A stretch of DNA of 64,000 bases from Clostridiales bacterium (GCA_012840805.1 DUVY01000060.1:2640-66639), one strand, 5' to 3'; shown: positions 35,177 through 45,518, counted from the stretch's first letter. Numbers and translations are program-made. Notes: generated from the sequence alone by a model not told the origin.

Positions 35177-35267
35177 TATATTTTAAAATCTGGGAGGCTA
35201 AATTTTTTAGCCGTTTGCACCACGATTAAAAAATATAAAATTAATTATATTTTTTAAGGAGAAATTT

Positions 35268-35693
35268 ATGGCAAAGAAAGTTATAGCTGTAGTAAAACTA
35301 CAGTTGCCCGCGGGAAAAGCGACTCCGGGTCCCCCTGTAGGTTCTTCGCTCGGACCGCACGGTATCAATATACCCGCGTTTACCAAAGACTTTAACGAAA
35401 AGACAGCGTCTCAAGCAGGAATGATTATACCTGTTGTTTTGAGCATCTATGCCGACCGCTCATTCAGCTATATTATCAAAACGCCGCCGGTATCTATTTT
35501 AATCAAAAAAGCGGCAAAAATTGAAAGCGGTTCTGCCACTCCCAATCGCGACAAAGTCGCCAAACTCACCAAAGAACAAGTTATCGAAATCGCCAAGCAA
35601 AAGATGCCTGACCTTAACGCCGGCTCGCTCGAGGCGGCTATTAATATGGTAAAAGGCACCGCTAGAAGCATGGGCGTTACGGTGGAAGATTAA
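35268..35693 (+). CDS. rplK: 50S ribosomal protein L11
   Basis: [35 protein letters not shown]. Confidence 0.95.
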   Translation: MAKKVIAVVKLQLPAGKATPGPPVGSSLGPHGINIPAFTKDFNEKTASQAGMIIPVVLSIYADRSFSYIIKTPPVSILIKKAAKIESGSATPNRDKVAKLTKEQVIEIAKQKMPDLNAGSLEAAINMVKGTARSMGVTVED

Positions 35694-35706
35694 GGAGGGC
35701 AGGCTG

Positions 35707-36393
35707 ATGAAAAGAAGCAAAAGATATTTTGAAAACGCAAAGCTCATAGACAAAACCAAGGCTTACGATATTCAAGAAGGTTTTGAGACCCTAATCCAAA
35801 GCGCGAACGCCAAGTTTGACGAATCTGTTGAGTTGCATGTGAAATTGGGCGTTGACCCCAAACACGCCGACCAGCAAGTTCGCGGAATTACCAATCTTCC
35901 CAACGGAACGGGTCGAAAGGTCAAGGTCTTAGTAATCGCCAAGGGCGACAAAGCCACGGAAGCCGAAAAGGCCGGCGCCGACTATGTAGGAGCGGAAGAA
36001 ATAATCGCCAAAATTCAGGGCGGCTGGCTAGATTTTGATGTGTGCATAGCCACGCCCGATATGATGGGACAGATGGGTCGCGTCGCCAAGATTTTGGGGC
36101 CCAAAGGCTTGATGCCCAATCCCAAATCAGGAACGGTGACTCAAGATATTGAAAGAGTGGTAAAGGACACCAAACTCGGACGCGTAGTTGAATACCGTAT
36201 AGACAAAACGGCTATTATACATTGTATAATCGGCAAAAAATCTTTTGGCGCGCAAAAGCTTATAGAAAACTTTAATACGGTTATGGACGCTATTATCAAA
36301 GCAAAGCCCGCAGCCGCCAAAGGAACTTATATCAGAAGCGTTTTTATAGCGCCCACTATGGGACCCGCTGTAAAGCTAAATTATAGAACTTAA
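35707..36393 (+). CDS. rplA: 50S ribosomal protein L1
   Basis: [24 protein letters not shown]...[17 protein letters not shown]. Confidence 0.95.
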   Translation: MKRSKRYFENAKLIDKTKAYDIQEGFETLIQSANAKFDESVELHVKLGVDPKHADQQVRGITNLPNGTGRKVKVLVIAKGDKATEAEKAGADYVGAEEIIAKIQGGWLDFDVCIATPDMMGQMGRVAKILGPKGLMPNPKSGTVTQDIERVVKDTKLGRVVEYRIDKTAIIHCIIGKKSFGAQKLIENFNTVMDAIIKAKPAAAKGTYIRSVFIAPTMGPAVKLNYRT

Positions 36394-36399
36394 AAAACA

Positions 36400-36563
36400 A
36401 AATATAAACAGCTACAATGTCTTAAGACAGCAAGCGAATAGCGGCTTTTTAGCGGCTGTTCTTAAATCTGTTCTGGAGCTTGCCGAGGGCGATATAGCTT
36501 AGTTTGTTGAGAAATAGACCTCAATTAACAGCTCTTTCGCTTTTGGCAAAAGAGCTGTTTTTG
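36400..36563 (+). promoter_or_regulatory. Ribosomal protein L10 leader (autoregulatory 5' UTR) ending in an attenuator/terminator hairpin
   Basis: A 192-nt untranslated gap between rplA and rplJ. The terminal hairpin is acagctcttt / cgcttttggca / aaagagctgt followed by T5, just before the rplJ SD. The position matches the Firmicute L10 leader. Confidence 0.6.
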
Positions 36564-36585
36564 ATTAATAAAAAGGAGGTACCAA

Positions 36586-37074
36586 ATGGCAAACGCTTTA
36601 GAAGCAAAAAAGGCCAAGGTTGCCCAGATTAAAGAACTTATTACCAGCGCGAAATCAGTGGTGCTTGTGGATTATAAAGGTCTTACCGTCGCCCAAGACA
36701 CTGAAATGCGCAAAGACCTCAGAGATGCCGGCGTTATTTATAAGGTTCTTAAAAACACTCTTACATCGCGCGCCTTTGAGGAATTGGGCGTCAAGGGTCT
36801 AGAAAATATGCTTGAGGGGCCTACCGCTGTGGCGTTTTCGCAAAATGACGAGGTGTCCGCAGCGCGAGTAGTCCGTCAAAGCATAGAAAAGTTCAAAAAG
36901 ATGGCGTTCAAAGGCGGATATATGGACGGCAAGGTTATGACGGTAGAAGAAGTCAAGGCATTGTCCTACATCCCTTCAAGAGAACAGCTTATCGCGAATC
37001 TACTGGGCGTATTGACAGCGCCTATGAGAAAACTGGCTATTGTGCTTGACCAGGCAGCAAAACAAAAAGCATAA
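36586..37074 (+). CDS. rplJ: 50S ribosomal protein L10
   Basis: VVLVDYKGLTVAQDTEMRKDLRDAGVIYKVLKNTL. Confidence 0.95.
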   Translation: MANALEAKKAKVAQIKELITSAKSVVLVDYKGLTVAQDTEMRKDLRDAGVIYKVLKNTLTSRAFEELGVKGLENMLEGPTAVAFSQNDEVSAARVVRQSIEKFKKMAFKGGYMDGKVMTVEEVKALSYIPSREQLIANLLGVLTAPMRKLAIVLDQAAKQKA

Positions 37075-37104
37075 AAAATAAAAAATTTTAAGGAGTAAAA
37101 AATT

Positions 37105-37479
37105 ATGGCAGATTTGAATAAAATTGTCGAATTGGTAAAAGAATTGACAGTTGTTGAATTAAACGACCTTGTAAAAATGTTGGAAGAAGAATTTGGCGTA
37201 TCGGCGGCGGCTTTTGCCGCAGCTCCCGCGGCTGGCGCGGCAGCGGCTGCTCCCGCTGAAGAAGAAAAGACCGAATTTAATGTGGAATTGAAAGAAGTCG
37301 GTCCTAATAAGATTGCCGTTATTAAGATTGTTCGCGAAATCACAGGCTTAGGTCTTGCCGAAGCCAAAGGCTTGGTTGACAAGGCGCCCAGCGTAATCAA
37401 AGAAGATGTCGCTAAAGAAGCCGCCGAAGAAATGGTTAAGAAGTTTAAGGACGCGGGCGCGACCGCTGAATTAAAGTAA
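37105..37479 (+). CDS. rplL: 50S ribosomal protein L7/L12
   Basis: Ala-rich hinge followed by [24 protein letters not shown]. Confidence 0.95.
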   Translation: MADLNKIVELVKELTVVELNDLVKMLEEEFGVSAAAFAAAPAAGAAAAAPAEEEKTEFNVELKEVGPNKIAVIKIVREITGLGLAEAKGLVDKAPSVIKEDVAKEAAEEMVKKFKDAGATAELK

Positions 37480-37507
37480 TTAATTTAAAGCAAACAAAAA
37501 ATCAAGA

Positions 37508-37545
37508 AAAAAACCGACGGCGGAAATTTTTGCCGTCGGTTTTTA
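37508..37545. terminator. Bidirectional terminator between rplL and the ger operon
   Basis: aaaccgacggc / ggaaattttt / gccgtcggttt followed by tt. Confidence 0.75.
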
Positions 37546-37563
37546 GCTTTTTTACCCAAAAAA

Positions 37564-38886
37564 TCATACCTCAACTTCAAGTTTTAAATCAAATTTTAAC
37601 TCAATGTCATTTAAAAAATCTTTTATAGTTCTGCCGCTTGACATATATTTGTTATATTTTTTGGTATGAAACTTATAAAAAAACGGGACTACATTAAACA
37701 CATCGGCTCCCTTTTCGGCGGCGGCATAATAGGCGTCCTTTACCCGTTCTTGAATATATTCTTTAGTCCTATCAACCAGCATTTCAGACAGCTTGATTGA
37801 ATCGTTTTTGCCGACTATTAACGGGATTTGGTCTTTCATTACCTCTACCAACTCGAATTTCGCGCTTATAATAAAATTTATTTGAGGCTTATCATCAAAA
37901 CGGCTTTTGATTTTGTTATTTTTGTTAAAAACTTGCAATGTTACTTTACTGCCGCCAAAGTAATATCCTCCCAAGTCCTCAAGCATAAAATGATGATATT
38001 GCGCTTTTTTATTAATCCAGTTAAGCCCTTCGGTCTGCTCTTTGTTAAGTTCCATAACTTGCTTGCCCTTGATAAATACCGCGGTTTTTCCGTGCATTTT
38101 TAATTGAGGGGCTTGACCTTTTTTTGAATCTTGCCCAGAACTTTGCGAGCCGCTTGACTGAGTATAGATGCTGTTTTGCCTATCTGCTCGAAAGCTGCTT
38201 TGCGAATCTTCCTTTTGACCGCCACCGCTTCCCCCGCCTCCGCCGCTTCCCCCGGAGCCTTGACTAGGTTGCTCTTGTTGTGTGTCCTCAATGCCGATAA
38301 CAATGCAATGGGCGGTCTTTGTAAGCCCATAGACGCTTTTGGCGAATTCTCTAAGCTGTACGGCATCTCTATCAAAACCCCTTTCGCTTATGCCTAAAAA
38401 ATCAGCCCAATCAATATTAGAAACTTTTTCCATTTCGTTAAGACCTTTCAAGGTTTCAAGCGCGCTTTTTTCGCCTACCGTGATAATAGTGCTCCAACTT
38501 ATAACATTTTTTCTTAAGAAATAATCAAGCGTTTCCATAATATTATCTTTAGCCAAGTCCGCGCCAAAAACCAATAACGAACAGGTGTCCTCTAGCGCCA
38601 GCCGTCCCGTTTTTACAATCAGGGCTTCAATTACAGCGCCTATTGTCGGACCTTTTTCGGATACTATTTCTTTGGGCGCTGATTTTTCCTTTGACGGCGT
38701 AAATATTTGGGCGATTACTTCGTATCCTTCTTCTATTTTATCCACGCCCAAAGACGTAACTAAAACGCGCAGTCCAATCTGGCTTTCGGCGTTGATTTGT
38801 TCTTGCAAAAACAAAGCAATCAAAATAAGCCCAAATATCAACATTCGTTGTTTAAGAACCTTAAAGGATAGTTTGATGTTTTTCAT
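37564..38886 (-). CDS. Ger(x)C-family germinant receptor C subunit; no lipobox cysteine; internal G/S/Q-rich insertion
   Basis: Third gene of an A-B-C ger operon. LVTSLGVDK N-domain motif and a conserved C-terminal domain. No Cys in the first 100 aa. Insert QGSGGSGGGGGSGGGQKEDSQSS... Confidence 0.8.
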   Translation of the reverse strand: MKNIKLSFKVLKQRMLIFGLILIALFLQEQINAESQIGLRVLVTSLGVDKIEEGYEVIAQIFTPSKEKSAPKEIVSEKGPTIGAVIEALIVKTGRLALEDTCSLLVFGADLAKDNIMETLDYFLRKNVISWSTIITVGEKSALETLKGLNEMEKVSNIDWADFLGISERGFDRDAVQLREFAKSVYGLTKTAHCIVIGIEDTQQEQPSQGSGGSGGGGGSGGGQKEDSQSSFRADRQNSIYTQSSGSQSSGQDSKKGQAPQLKMHGKTAVFIKGKQVMELNKEQTEGLNWINKKAQYHHFMLEDLGGYYFGGSKVTLQVFNKNNKIKSRFDDKPQINFIISAKFELVEVMKDQIPLIVGKNDSIKLSEMLVDRTKEYIQERVKDAYYAAAEKGADVFNVVPFFYKFHTKKYNKYMSSGRTIKDFLNDIELKFDLKLEVEV

Positions 38887-38890
38887 TTTT

Positions 38891-40045
38891 TTATTCCTTA
38901 GCGGGTTTTGTGAATAGTTGGTTATGTTTTTGTCGCCTTTTTTCTTTTTTGGTCGCTATATAAGCCAGTATTGGCGCCATAATCGGCAAAACAAGATGCA
39001 AGGGAACAAGAATATAATATTTGTAATCGCTTGTTATCATTTTCTCAAACAACAAGGTGTTATTGTTGATAAAATTATACACAGCGAATAGCGCCAATAT
39101 TACTATTATTGATAATATATACTTTTGAGCAACAGTATCTTTAAAGCCAAAAACCGATCTAAAATAATTATAAAACACCCAAGTATTAATAAGAATTCGG
39201 ATAAGAATCGCTATCATCCACATAACCGAAAAGATAATATCAAATCTCGCGAGGCTTTGGGTGCCCAGCAAAAATAACGCGATATCGCTTAAGGCGTGAC
39301 CTTGTTTTTGAAACACGGCGATATCCTCATAAAAGCCGTAATAAGCCATCGCAAACATAATAGACAATAAGGATGACACAACGGCGGGTATGGTCATATT
39401 TATGCCAATGCCTTTTTCAACTTTGATTCGACCAAGTATGCACAAAATACAAAAATAATCTCCCGAAAAAAACAAATAGTCTGCAAAACCATTTAAGGGA
39501 ATTTTTAATCCCGATTCCAAAATAGGCAAAATATTGGTAAAATCAGAAGAAATAGCCACTATTATCATTGTGCCTATAATTCCTATGGCTACGCCCGTGC
39601 CTATTAACTCCAAAATCCGCATTATACTTCTTAACCCCCTATATACGCAAAACACCGAGACGATTATAATAGGCAACGCCACAGGTTTCCAAGAAATTGG
39701 ATACAAAACATCCGCGGCGAATAGGTTATAATCTATCAGCATTGCCGAAACCCTTATCAGCAAATACAGCGCCAAAAACCCCGAGACTATTTTGGCGGCG
39801 ACTTTGCCCAGGGTTTTTTCTATGATCTGATACAGGGTAAGTTCGGGATTGATTTTTATGATTATGTAATACATTATTAGATGGAAAATATCCAACGCTA
39901 CAAAAAAAGCTATGGCGACCCAAAGGTCCCTACAAGTTATTTTCACAATCCTGCTGGGTATAATAACAACTTTATGAACTATGGATGAAAAGAACAACAA
40001 ATACATCAATTGATGCATAGACACATCCTTAGTTACCTTCTTCAT
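38891..40045 (-). CDS. Spore germination protein, GerAB/GerKB-type APC-superfamily permease subunit
   Basis: About 10 TM segments. It overlaps the upstream A-subunit gene by 17 nt and sits in the middle of the ger operon. Confidence 0.8.
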   Translation of the reverse strand: MKKVTKDVSMHQLMYLLFFSSIVHKVVIIPSRIVKITCRDLWVAIAFFVALDIFHLIMYYIIIKINPELTLYQIIEKTLGKVAAKIVSGFLALYLLIRVSAMLIDYNLFAADVLYPISWKPVALPIIIVSVFCVYRGLRSIMRILELIGTGVAIGIIGTMIIVAISSDFTNILPILESGLKIPLNGFADYLFFSGDYFCILCILGRIKVEKGIGINMTIPAVVSSLLSIMFAMAYYGFYEDIAVFQKQGHALSDIALFLLGTQSLARFDIIFSVMWMIAILIRILINTWVFYNYFRSVFGFKDTVAQKYILSIIVILALFAVYNFINNNTLLFEKMITSDYKYYILVPLHLVLPIMAPILAYIATKKEKRRQKHNQLFTKPAKE

Positions 40046-41486
40046 TAAGTTTTATTCTCCTTTTGTTTTTATTAGGGAATGAGAAGGGGCGCATAGTGTC
40101 AAGCCTTATATCTGTTTTTATAAGCGCGTCGCCTAAGTCTTGATGGACTTTGGGGGCATACGGCGCCAAATAAGGCGCGCCATAACTATCCAAAGACGCC
40201 ATGTAAGCGAGCAAGACAAATTCAAGCAAAATAATTCCCAAAAAGCCGCCCATTCCGCCGGCTATTGTAAACATAAGCCTAAACAGCTTAAAGACGCCCA
40301 CTTGATTGGGGATCATATACAAAGATATAGCGCTTATTGATACGAACATCACGGTAGGCGAACTCAAAAGTCCCGCCTTTACGGCGGTGTCGCCCAAAAC
40401 AAGCGCGCCTACGATGCTCATCGCCATACCCACATATCGCGGCATTCTTAGACTCGCTTCGTGGATTATCTCAAACAAGAGTATAACAAACAACATTTCA
40501 TACATCGGCGAAAAAGGCACGCCTTGGCTGGAATTAAGAATGGTTATCAAATAGTCTATAGGCATTGACATATAATGAAAAACTCTAAGCGACACATAAA
40601 TACCAGGTAGTTGCGTTCCCAACAAAATTCCCAAAAGCCTCAAAAATCTCAAAAATGTCGCGCGCGTGCTTTTGGTGTAATAATCGCCGCTTTCTTGTAT
40701 GTCTTCAAAAAAGATAAAAGGAACGGTCAAAACCATAGGCGAGCCGTTGACTATTATAGCCACCCTGCCTTCCAAAATTTTGGACGCGATTATATCGGGC
40801 TTTTCGGCGACGCCTATTGTTCTAAACAAGGAATTGGGCTTTTCGCTGATAAATTGCGCTATGTAATTTGAGTCTATTATTCCGTCAATATCTATTAGCT
40901 TGAGCCTGTGGCTGACTTTTTGCACAATATTATCATCCGCGATACCTTTTATGTAACATAGCGCGACTTCAGTATTGGAATATCTTCCAATAGAATGTTT
41001 TTCATAGACAAACGCGGGCGTATGCAACCGCCTTCTTATCATTGTTATATTAGTCTTAATATCTTCGGTAAAGCCTTCGCGCGGACCCATTAACAAAGCC
41101 GAAGTCGGCGGCTCGGCAATAGCGCGCGTAGTCCATTGCGCGCATCCTATGGTAAGCGCCTTGTCAAAGCCGTCTATCAACAAAACCCCGTTGCCGTCTA
41201 GAACGCCCCTTATGGCTTGGTCGGTTGATTCTATCTCGTCAACGCCAAAAGTATTGATTACATGCAGTTTCAAATACATCGGCACATCTTTTGTAATCTT
41301 ATCGGCGTCCATAAGCCTTTTTAGGACATCGCGCACCGACTCGGGCTCTATCGCGCCCTCTAAGAAAATAAAACTACACCTAACCCCTGTTTTAAGACTA
41401 ATATCGCGGTGCTTTATATCGGCGTTGTTAGAAAACAACTCAAGCAGCTTTTTCTTGTTTGTTTCTAGGTCTTTAACAAAATCCAT
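40029..41486 (-). CDS. Spore germination protein, GerAA/GerKA-type A subunit
   Basis: The soluble N-domain plus C-terminal 5-TM architecture is typical of GerA-family A subunits (FIFLEGAIEPESV, LLIDGFDKALTIG, PPTSALLMGPREGFTEDI). Confidence 0.85.
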   Translation of the reverse strand: MDFVKDLETNKKKLLELFSNNADIKHRDISLKTGVRCSFIFLEGAIEPESVRDVLKRLMDADKITKDVPMYLKLHVINTFGVDEIESTDQAIRGVLDGNGVLLIDGFDKALTIGCAQWTTRAIAEPPTSALLMGPREGFTEDIKTNITMIRRRLHTPAFVYEKHSIGRYSNTEVALCYIKGIADDNIVQKVSHRLKLIDIDGIIDSNYIAQFISEKPNSLFRTIGVAEKPDIIASKILEGRVAIIVNGSPMVLTVPFIFFEDIQESGDYYTKSTRATFLRFLRLLGILLGTQLPGIYVSLRVFHYMSMPIDYLITILNSSQGVPFSPMYEMLFVILLFEIIHEASLRMPRYVGMAMSIVGALVLGDTAVKAGLLSSPTVMFVSISAISLYMIPNQVGVFKLFRLMFTIAGGMGGFLGIILLEFVLLAYMASLDSYGAPYLAPYAPKVHQDLGDALIKTDIRLDTMRPFSFPNKNKRRIKLNEEGN

Positions 41487-41619
41487 ACTGAGTCCTAAAT
41501 ATAAATATTAACAAATTTAGAGTTTGCAAATATTTTCCAATTATTCTAAATATAGGTTTAAAATGTAAAAAACCCCAAGCCGTTTTTATTAATTTTGGGC
41601 TAGTAATCAAAGTATATAA

Positions 41620-41647
41620 TTGACTTTTTTGGTATTGCTGATATAAT
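41620..41647 (+). promoter_or_regulatory. Sigma-A-type promoter (TTGACT-16-TATAAT) upstream of tRNA-Arg(CCU)
   Basis: Counted directly. It lies about 105 nt upstream of the tRNA. Confidence 0.45.
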
Positions 41648-41751
41648 AAATTTTGACATTTTAGCGTTAAGGCAAAAAAAATAACGCCAAACTATAATAA
41701 ATTTTGCCGAATATTTAGCCTAAATGTTAAAAAGATAAGATAACAAATTAT

Positions 41752-41828
41752 GTTCCCGTAGCTCAGCTGGATAGAGCACCGCCCTCCTAAGGCGGGTGTC
41801 GGACGTTCAAATCGTCTCGGGAACGCCA
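41752..41828 (+). tRNA. tRNA-Arg (anticodon CCU), CCA encoded
   Basis: Acceptor GTTCCCG/CGGGAAC, D arm GCTC..GAGC, anticodon stem CCGCC/GGCGG with loop CTCCTAA, T loop TTCAAAT. Confidence 0.9.
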
Positions 41829-41833
41829 ACAAG

Positions 41834-41861
41834 ACCTGTCTTTTTGATTGACAGGTTTTTT
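41834..41861 (+). terminator. Rho-independent terminator after tRNA-Arg
   Basis: acctgtc / tttttgatt / gacaggt followed by T6. Confidence 0.65.
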
Positions 41862-42025
41862 AATTTTTTTAATAGCAAACAGCGTCAAAAAACTTTTGCT
41901 AAATTTTTATAAAAAAGCCTAAAAAGCTACTAATAATTAAAAAGCTAGCCGATTTGGATTGTTTTTTGATTATCTTATCGGTTATAATATTAGTTATATT
42001 GTATAAATATTTTAGGAGCCAAAAG

Positions 42026-43357
42026 ATGAATCATAAGTTTTTATGGGGCGTAGCGACTTCGGCCTATCAGATTGAAGGCGCTTATAACGAAGACGGCAAG
42101 GGTTTGTCTATTTGGGATGTTTATACCAAAGATCGCGGCAAGATTTTTCAAAACCATAACGGCGATATTGCCTGCAACCATTATCATAGATTTGAAAGCG
42201 ATATAGAGTTATTAAAAGAATTAGGCGTCAACGCCTATAGGTTTTCTGTAAGCTGGCCTAGGGTTTTGCCGCAAGGCGCGGGCAAAGTCAACCAAAAAGG
42301 TCTTGATTTTTATAATAAAATAATTGACTTATTGCTAAAGGCTGATATTGAGCCTTTTGTTACGCTTTATCATTGGGACTTGCCTTATGAGTTGCACCTA
42401 AAAGGCGGGTTTTTAAACAATGATTTTTCGGATTGGTTTTACGAATACGCCGATACTATATCCAAGGCTTTTCAAGATAGGGTAAAATTTTTCGCGACAT
42501 TTAACGAGCCCCAATGCGTAATCGGCGGCTATGGAACGGGCGATTTCGCGCCCGGGTATAAGGTATTAAAACTCGAAAGACTAAGAGCCGTTCACAACCT
42601 TTTGCTCGCCCACGCCAAAGCCGTTAAAGCTATAAAAAGTCATAACAATGACGCTAAAGTCGGTTTGGTCACTTGCGGCTCGGCTTTTTATCCCGTTACG
42701 GCGAATAAAGATAATATAAAAGTACTTACCCAAGCGTATCAGAGCCAATATGACGAAAGTTCAATTTTGATTTATACGGACCCGATATTTTGGGGCAAGT
42801 ATCCCGAAAAATGTTATTCTAATTATCCCGATTTTTACCAAAATATAAATCCCGACGACCTAAAACTTATCTCCGCGTCTGTTGATTATTTGGGCATTAA
42901 TAACTATGAGGGCGTTCCCGTAATATCGGACGGTCCTAACGGATTTAAAGAAATACAAAGATATGACGGCTACCCTAAGACCGACACAGGCTGGGCGGTG
43001 GAAGAAGACGGGATTTATTGGATGGGTAGATTTTTGTATGAGAGATACCAAAAACCCATATATATAACCGAAAACGGTATGGCTAATAATGATTGGGCGC
43101 ATCTGGACGGCCGCGTTCCCGACCCGGCGCGGATTGATTATCTAAGGCGACATATAGGCAAGGTTCGCCAAGCCATAAAAGACGGCGTGGATATAAGGGG
43201 ATATTTTGTTTGGAGTTTTTTGGATAATTTTGAATGGGCAAGCGGCTACTCAAAACGCTTCGGGCTTGTGCATATTGATTATAGGACGCAAAAGCGCACA
43301 CCGAAAGACTCTTTTTATTGGTATAGAGATTTTATTGAGAGTTTGAAAAACTCATAA
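42026..43357 (+). CDS. GH1 beta-glucosidase / 6-phospho-beta-glucosidase (start moved to the ATG at 42026, which has SD TAGGAG)
   Basis: FLWGVATSAYQIEGA, acid/base motif TFNEP, nucleophile motif YITENG, and WSFLDNFEW. Confidence 0.85.
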   Translation: MNHKFLWGVATSAYQIEGAYNEDGKGLSIWDVYTKDRGKIFQNHNGDIACNHYHRFESDIELLKELGVNAYRFSVSWPRVLPQGAGKVNQKGLDFYNKIIDLLLKADIEPFVTLYHWDLPYELHLKGGFLNNDFSDWFYEYADTISKAFQDRVKFFATFNEPQCVIGGYGTGDFAPGYKVLKLERLRAVHNLLLAHAKAVKAIKSHNNDAKVGLVTCGSAFYPVTANKDNIKVLTQAYQSQYDESSILIYTDPIFWGKYPEKCYSNYPDFYQNINPDDLKLISASVDYLGINNYEGVPVISDGPNGFKEIQRYDGYPKTDTGWAVEEDGIYWMGRFLYERYQKPIYITENGMANNDWAHLDGRVPDPARIDYLRRHIGKVRQAIKDGVDIRGYFVWSFLDNFEWASGYSKRFGLVHIDYRTQKRTPKDSFYWYRDFIESLKNS

Positions 43358-43439
43358 TTGGTATTTGCGGATATGGTTTAAAAATAATTTGTTTCTGGTT
43401 TTAGTTTTGATATAATTATAAATACTAGGATAAGGTGGA

Positions 43440-44162
43440 ATGAAAAAAGTCAGCGTCAAAAATTTGCTCAAACCCAAAGAAGTTTTCGCGGAAGGTTTGT
43501 CATTTTACAAGGTTTTTCTGATTTTTGTTTTTGGTTGCATTTTTGGGACATACTACGAACAAATTTTAAAACTAATAGCCGACGGCGTTTGGGTAACCCA
43601 GCAAGGCGTTATTTACGGACCTTTTAATCCCGTTTATGGCTTTGGCGCGGCGGGACTGATCGTACTATTGGTAAGAAAAAAAAGAAAATGGTATTGGTCT
43701 TTTTTACTTGCCGCTATTGTCGCGGGCTTTTTTGAGTATTTACTGCACGAACTGGAATATATCTTTACGGGCAATGTTTCTTGGGACTATACATACCTAA
43801 AGCTGTATATACCGTCTATCGCCACCAAAGGCGCTACCGCCGGCACGAGCGTTTTGCATATGGCTATATGGGGAGCGCTGGGATTGTTTTTGGAATATAT
43901 AGTTTATCCTATATTCTCCAAGTTGATAGAAAAAATCCCGCCTTTGCAGGGCAAGATGGTTTGTAACGCTTTGGTCGTGTTTTTGACGATAAACATTCTC
44001 CTAACAGGCGCGGTTTTTTTAAGATATGGCGAGCGCCAAAAAGGCAAAGAACCGATTACCTTTATAGGCGCGTGGCTTGACAGGAATTATCCCGACGAAT
44101 ATGTTTACGAAATTTTTCCCGACAAAAAGCTAGAAAAAACAGAAAACAATAATGAAACATAA
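43440..44162 (+). CDS. Multi-pass membrane protein, PF06541 (putative ABC-transporter type IV / DUF1113)-like
   Basis: GVIYGPFNPVYGFGA motif plus 5-6 TM segments. Confidence 0.45.
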   Translation: MKKVSVKNLLKPKEVFAEGLSFYKVFLIFVFGCIFGTYYEQILKLIADGVWVTQQGVIYGPFNPVYGFGAAGLIVLLVRKKRKWYWSFLLAAIVAGFFEYLLHELEYIFTGNVSWDYTYLKLYIPSIATKGATAGTSVLHMAIWGALGLFLEYIVYPIFSKLIEKIPPLQGKMVCNALVVFLTINILLTGAVFLRYGERQKGKEPITFIGAWLDRNYPDEYVYEIFPDKKLEKTENNNET

Positions 44163-44186
44163 TAAATAAATGAGGATTCTTGACAT

Positions 44187-44591
44187 ATGGAAAACAAAAT
44201 CGATAACCAATTAGAACAAAAGCGCTATCAAGAGCTTATGAGCCGCCAAGTAGGCTTTCTCAAAAGACTTATATTCGCTATCTTTAGCGTTATAAGTCTT
44301 GTGTTTTTGATTTTGAGCGTTGTGTTTATGGCATTGGGAATGGATAACCCAACCTATAATACTTTGGCGATAATATACGCGTCTGTGGGTGCGGGGTTAT
44401 TGTTCATAGGGCTTTTGATATACTTGCTTATACCCAAAAACAAAGAATACGATTATCAAAAATTTAAGAAGCGTATCAAAAGATACGGGATACTTACTAA
44501 TTTTGAGTTATGTGCGATGACCGCTATTTTGTACGAAAAAATTGAGCGGGTGGAAAAAGAGATTGCGAAGTTGCAAGAAAAAAATAAATAA
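44187..44591 (+). CDS. Hypothetical membrane protein (2 TM segments plus C-terminal coiled helix)
   Basis: Hydrophobicity pattern only. Confidence 0.45.
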   Translation: MENKIDNQLEQKRYQELMSRQVGFLKRLIFAIFSVISLVFLILSVVFMALGMDNPTYNTLAIIYASVGAGLLFIGLLIYLLIPKNKEYDYQKFKKRIKRYGILTNFELCAMTAILYEKIERVEKEIAKLQEKNK

Positions 44592-44743
44592 ATTATGACA
44601 GCAAAAAGATTAACTATTGGTTGAGATTAGCTGGGACTGTTTCGGCGCGGCGGCAACAGAAGAGGTTGCGCGCCAACGCCTAATAATATATCAAAAAGCC
44701 TAAAATAAGATATTAAGAATAATTAATATTTAAGCGTTAAAAT

Positions 44744-44777
44744 AAAAAAAGAGATGTTTTATTACATCTCTTTTTTT
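44744..44777. terminator. Bidirectional rho-independent terminator
   Basis: aaaaaaagagatgt / tttatt / acatctcttttttt. Confidence 0.7.
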
Positions 44778-44801
44778 GCAAATAGACAAAGTCAAAAAAC
44801 C

Positions 44802-45518
44802 TTATCTTCTTCTTCCTCTTGCCAAGAATATTATCGCTAGAAATCTCAGCATACTCAAAAGCGCTATAACTAGCGATGCTATATAGGTCCACGCCGCGGC
44901 GTTTAGGACTTTTTTGGCTTGTTCGGTCTCTTCCACGGTCAAAATCCCGCTGGTAGTAAGTAACGCCGCCGCGCGTTTTGAGGCGTTAAACTCGGTGGGC
45001 AAGGTTACAAGGCTGATAAGAATTGAGGAGCCGTAAAAAATCAATCCCGCAATTATGATAATATTGCCAATCATAGTGCCCGGCACAGCCAAGCCAAAAA
45101 TTATGCCGATAATAAGTAACGGCCACATAAGGCGGGATGTAAAGTTCACGATAGGTACCAAAGAATTTCTAAGTTTTATGGGCGTATAATTATCGGCGTA
45201 TTGCAAGGCATGTCCAACCTCGTGTGCCGCCACTCCAAGCGCCGCCACGCTAGAAGAATCAAACACGCCGTTAGACAGCCTTATCGCTTTGTTTTTGTGG
45301 TCGTAATGGTCGGTTAATGTGCCCGAGGTTTTTTGTATTTGGATATCAAAAAGTCCGGCGCGGTTTAGCGCGGCTCTTACCATTTCGTAGGCGGTTATTC
45401 TTGATTGTGAATGGACTTTTGAATATGTTGAGTATGCCGAAGTGACTTTACTCTGGGCATATATTGCCAAAAATATTCCGGGTATCAAAACTATGCCTGT
45501 TATATAGTATAAAATCAT
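44802..45518 (-). CDS. YugP-like membrane zinc metallopeptidase (PF04298)
   Basis: AAHEVGHALQ HExxH motif, TM segments at both ends, and SD AGAGGTGA. Confidence 0.75.
   Translation of the reverse strand: MILYYITGIVLIPGIFLAIYAQSKVTSAYSTYSKVHSQSRITAYEMVRAALNRAGLFDIQIQKTSGTLTDHYDHKNKAIRLSNGVFDSSSVAALGVAAHEVGHALQYADNYTPIKLRNSLVPIVNFTSRLMWPLLIIGIIFGLAVPGTMIGNIIIIAGLIFYGSSILISLVTLPTEFNASKRAAALLTTSGILTVEETEQAKKVLNAAAWTYIASLVIALLSMLRFLAIIFLARGRRR

Noticed and set aside
36966-37400. 144-aa minus-strand ORF
   Set aside because: It is antisense to rplJ and rplL. The Ala-rich run simply mirrors the L7/L12 hinge.
41487-41560. Sigma-G-type promoter upstream of the ger operon (GAATA ... CAAACTC)
   Set aside because: The spacing and the -10 match are poor when counted by hand. 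A forespore promoter is expected biologically but cannot be supported from the sequence alone.
44631-44682. GC-rich patch in an AT-rich intergenic region as a possible sRNA or riboswitch
   Set aside because: Only a 6-bp GGCGCG/CGCGCC stem with a long loop could be drawn. I recognised no conserved riboswitch motif.
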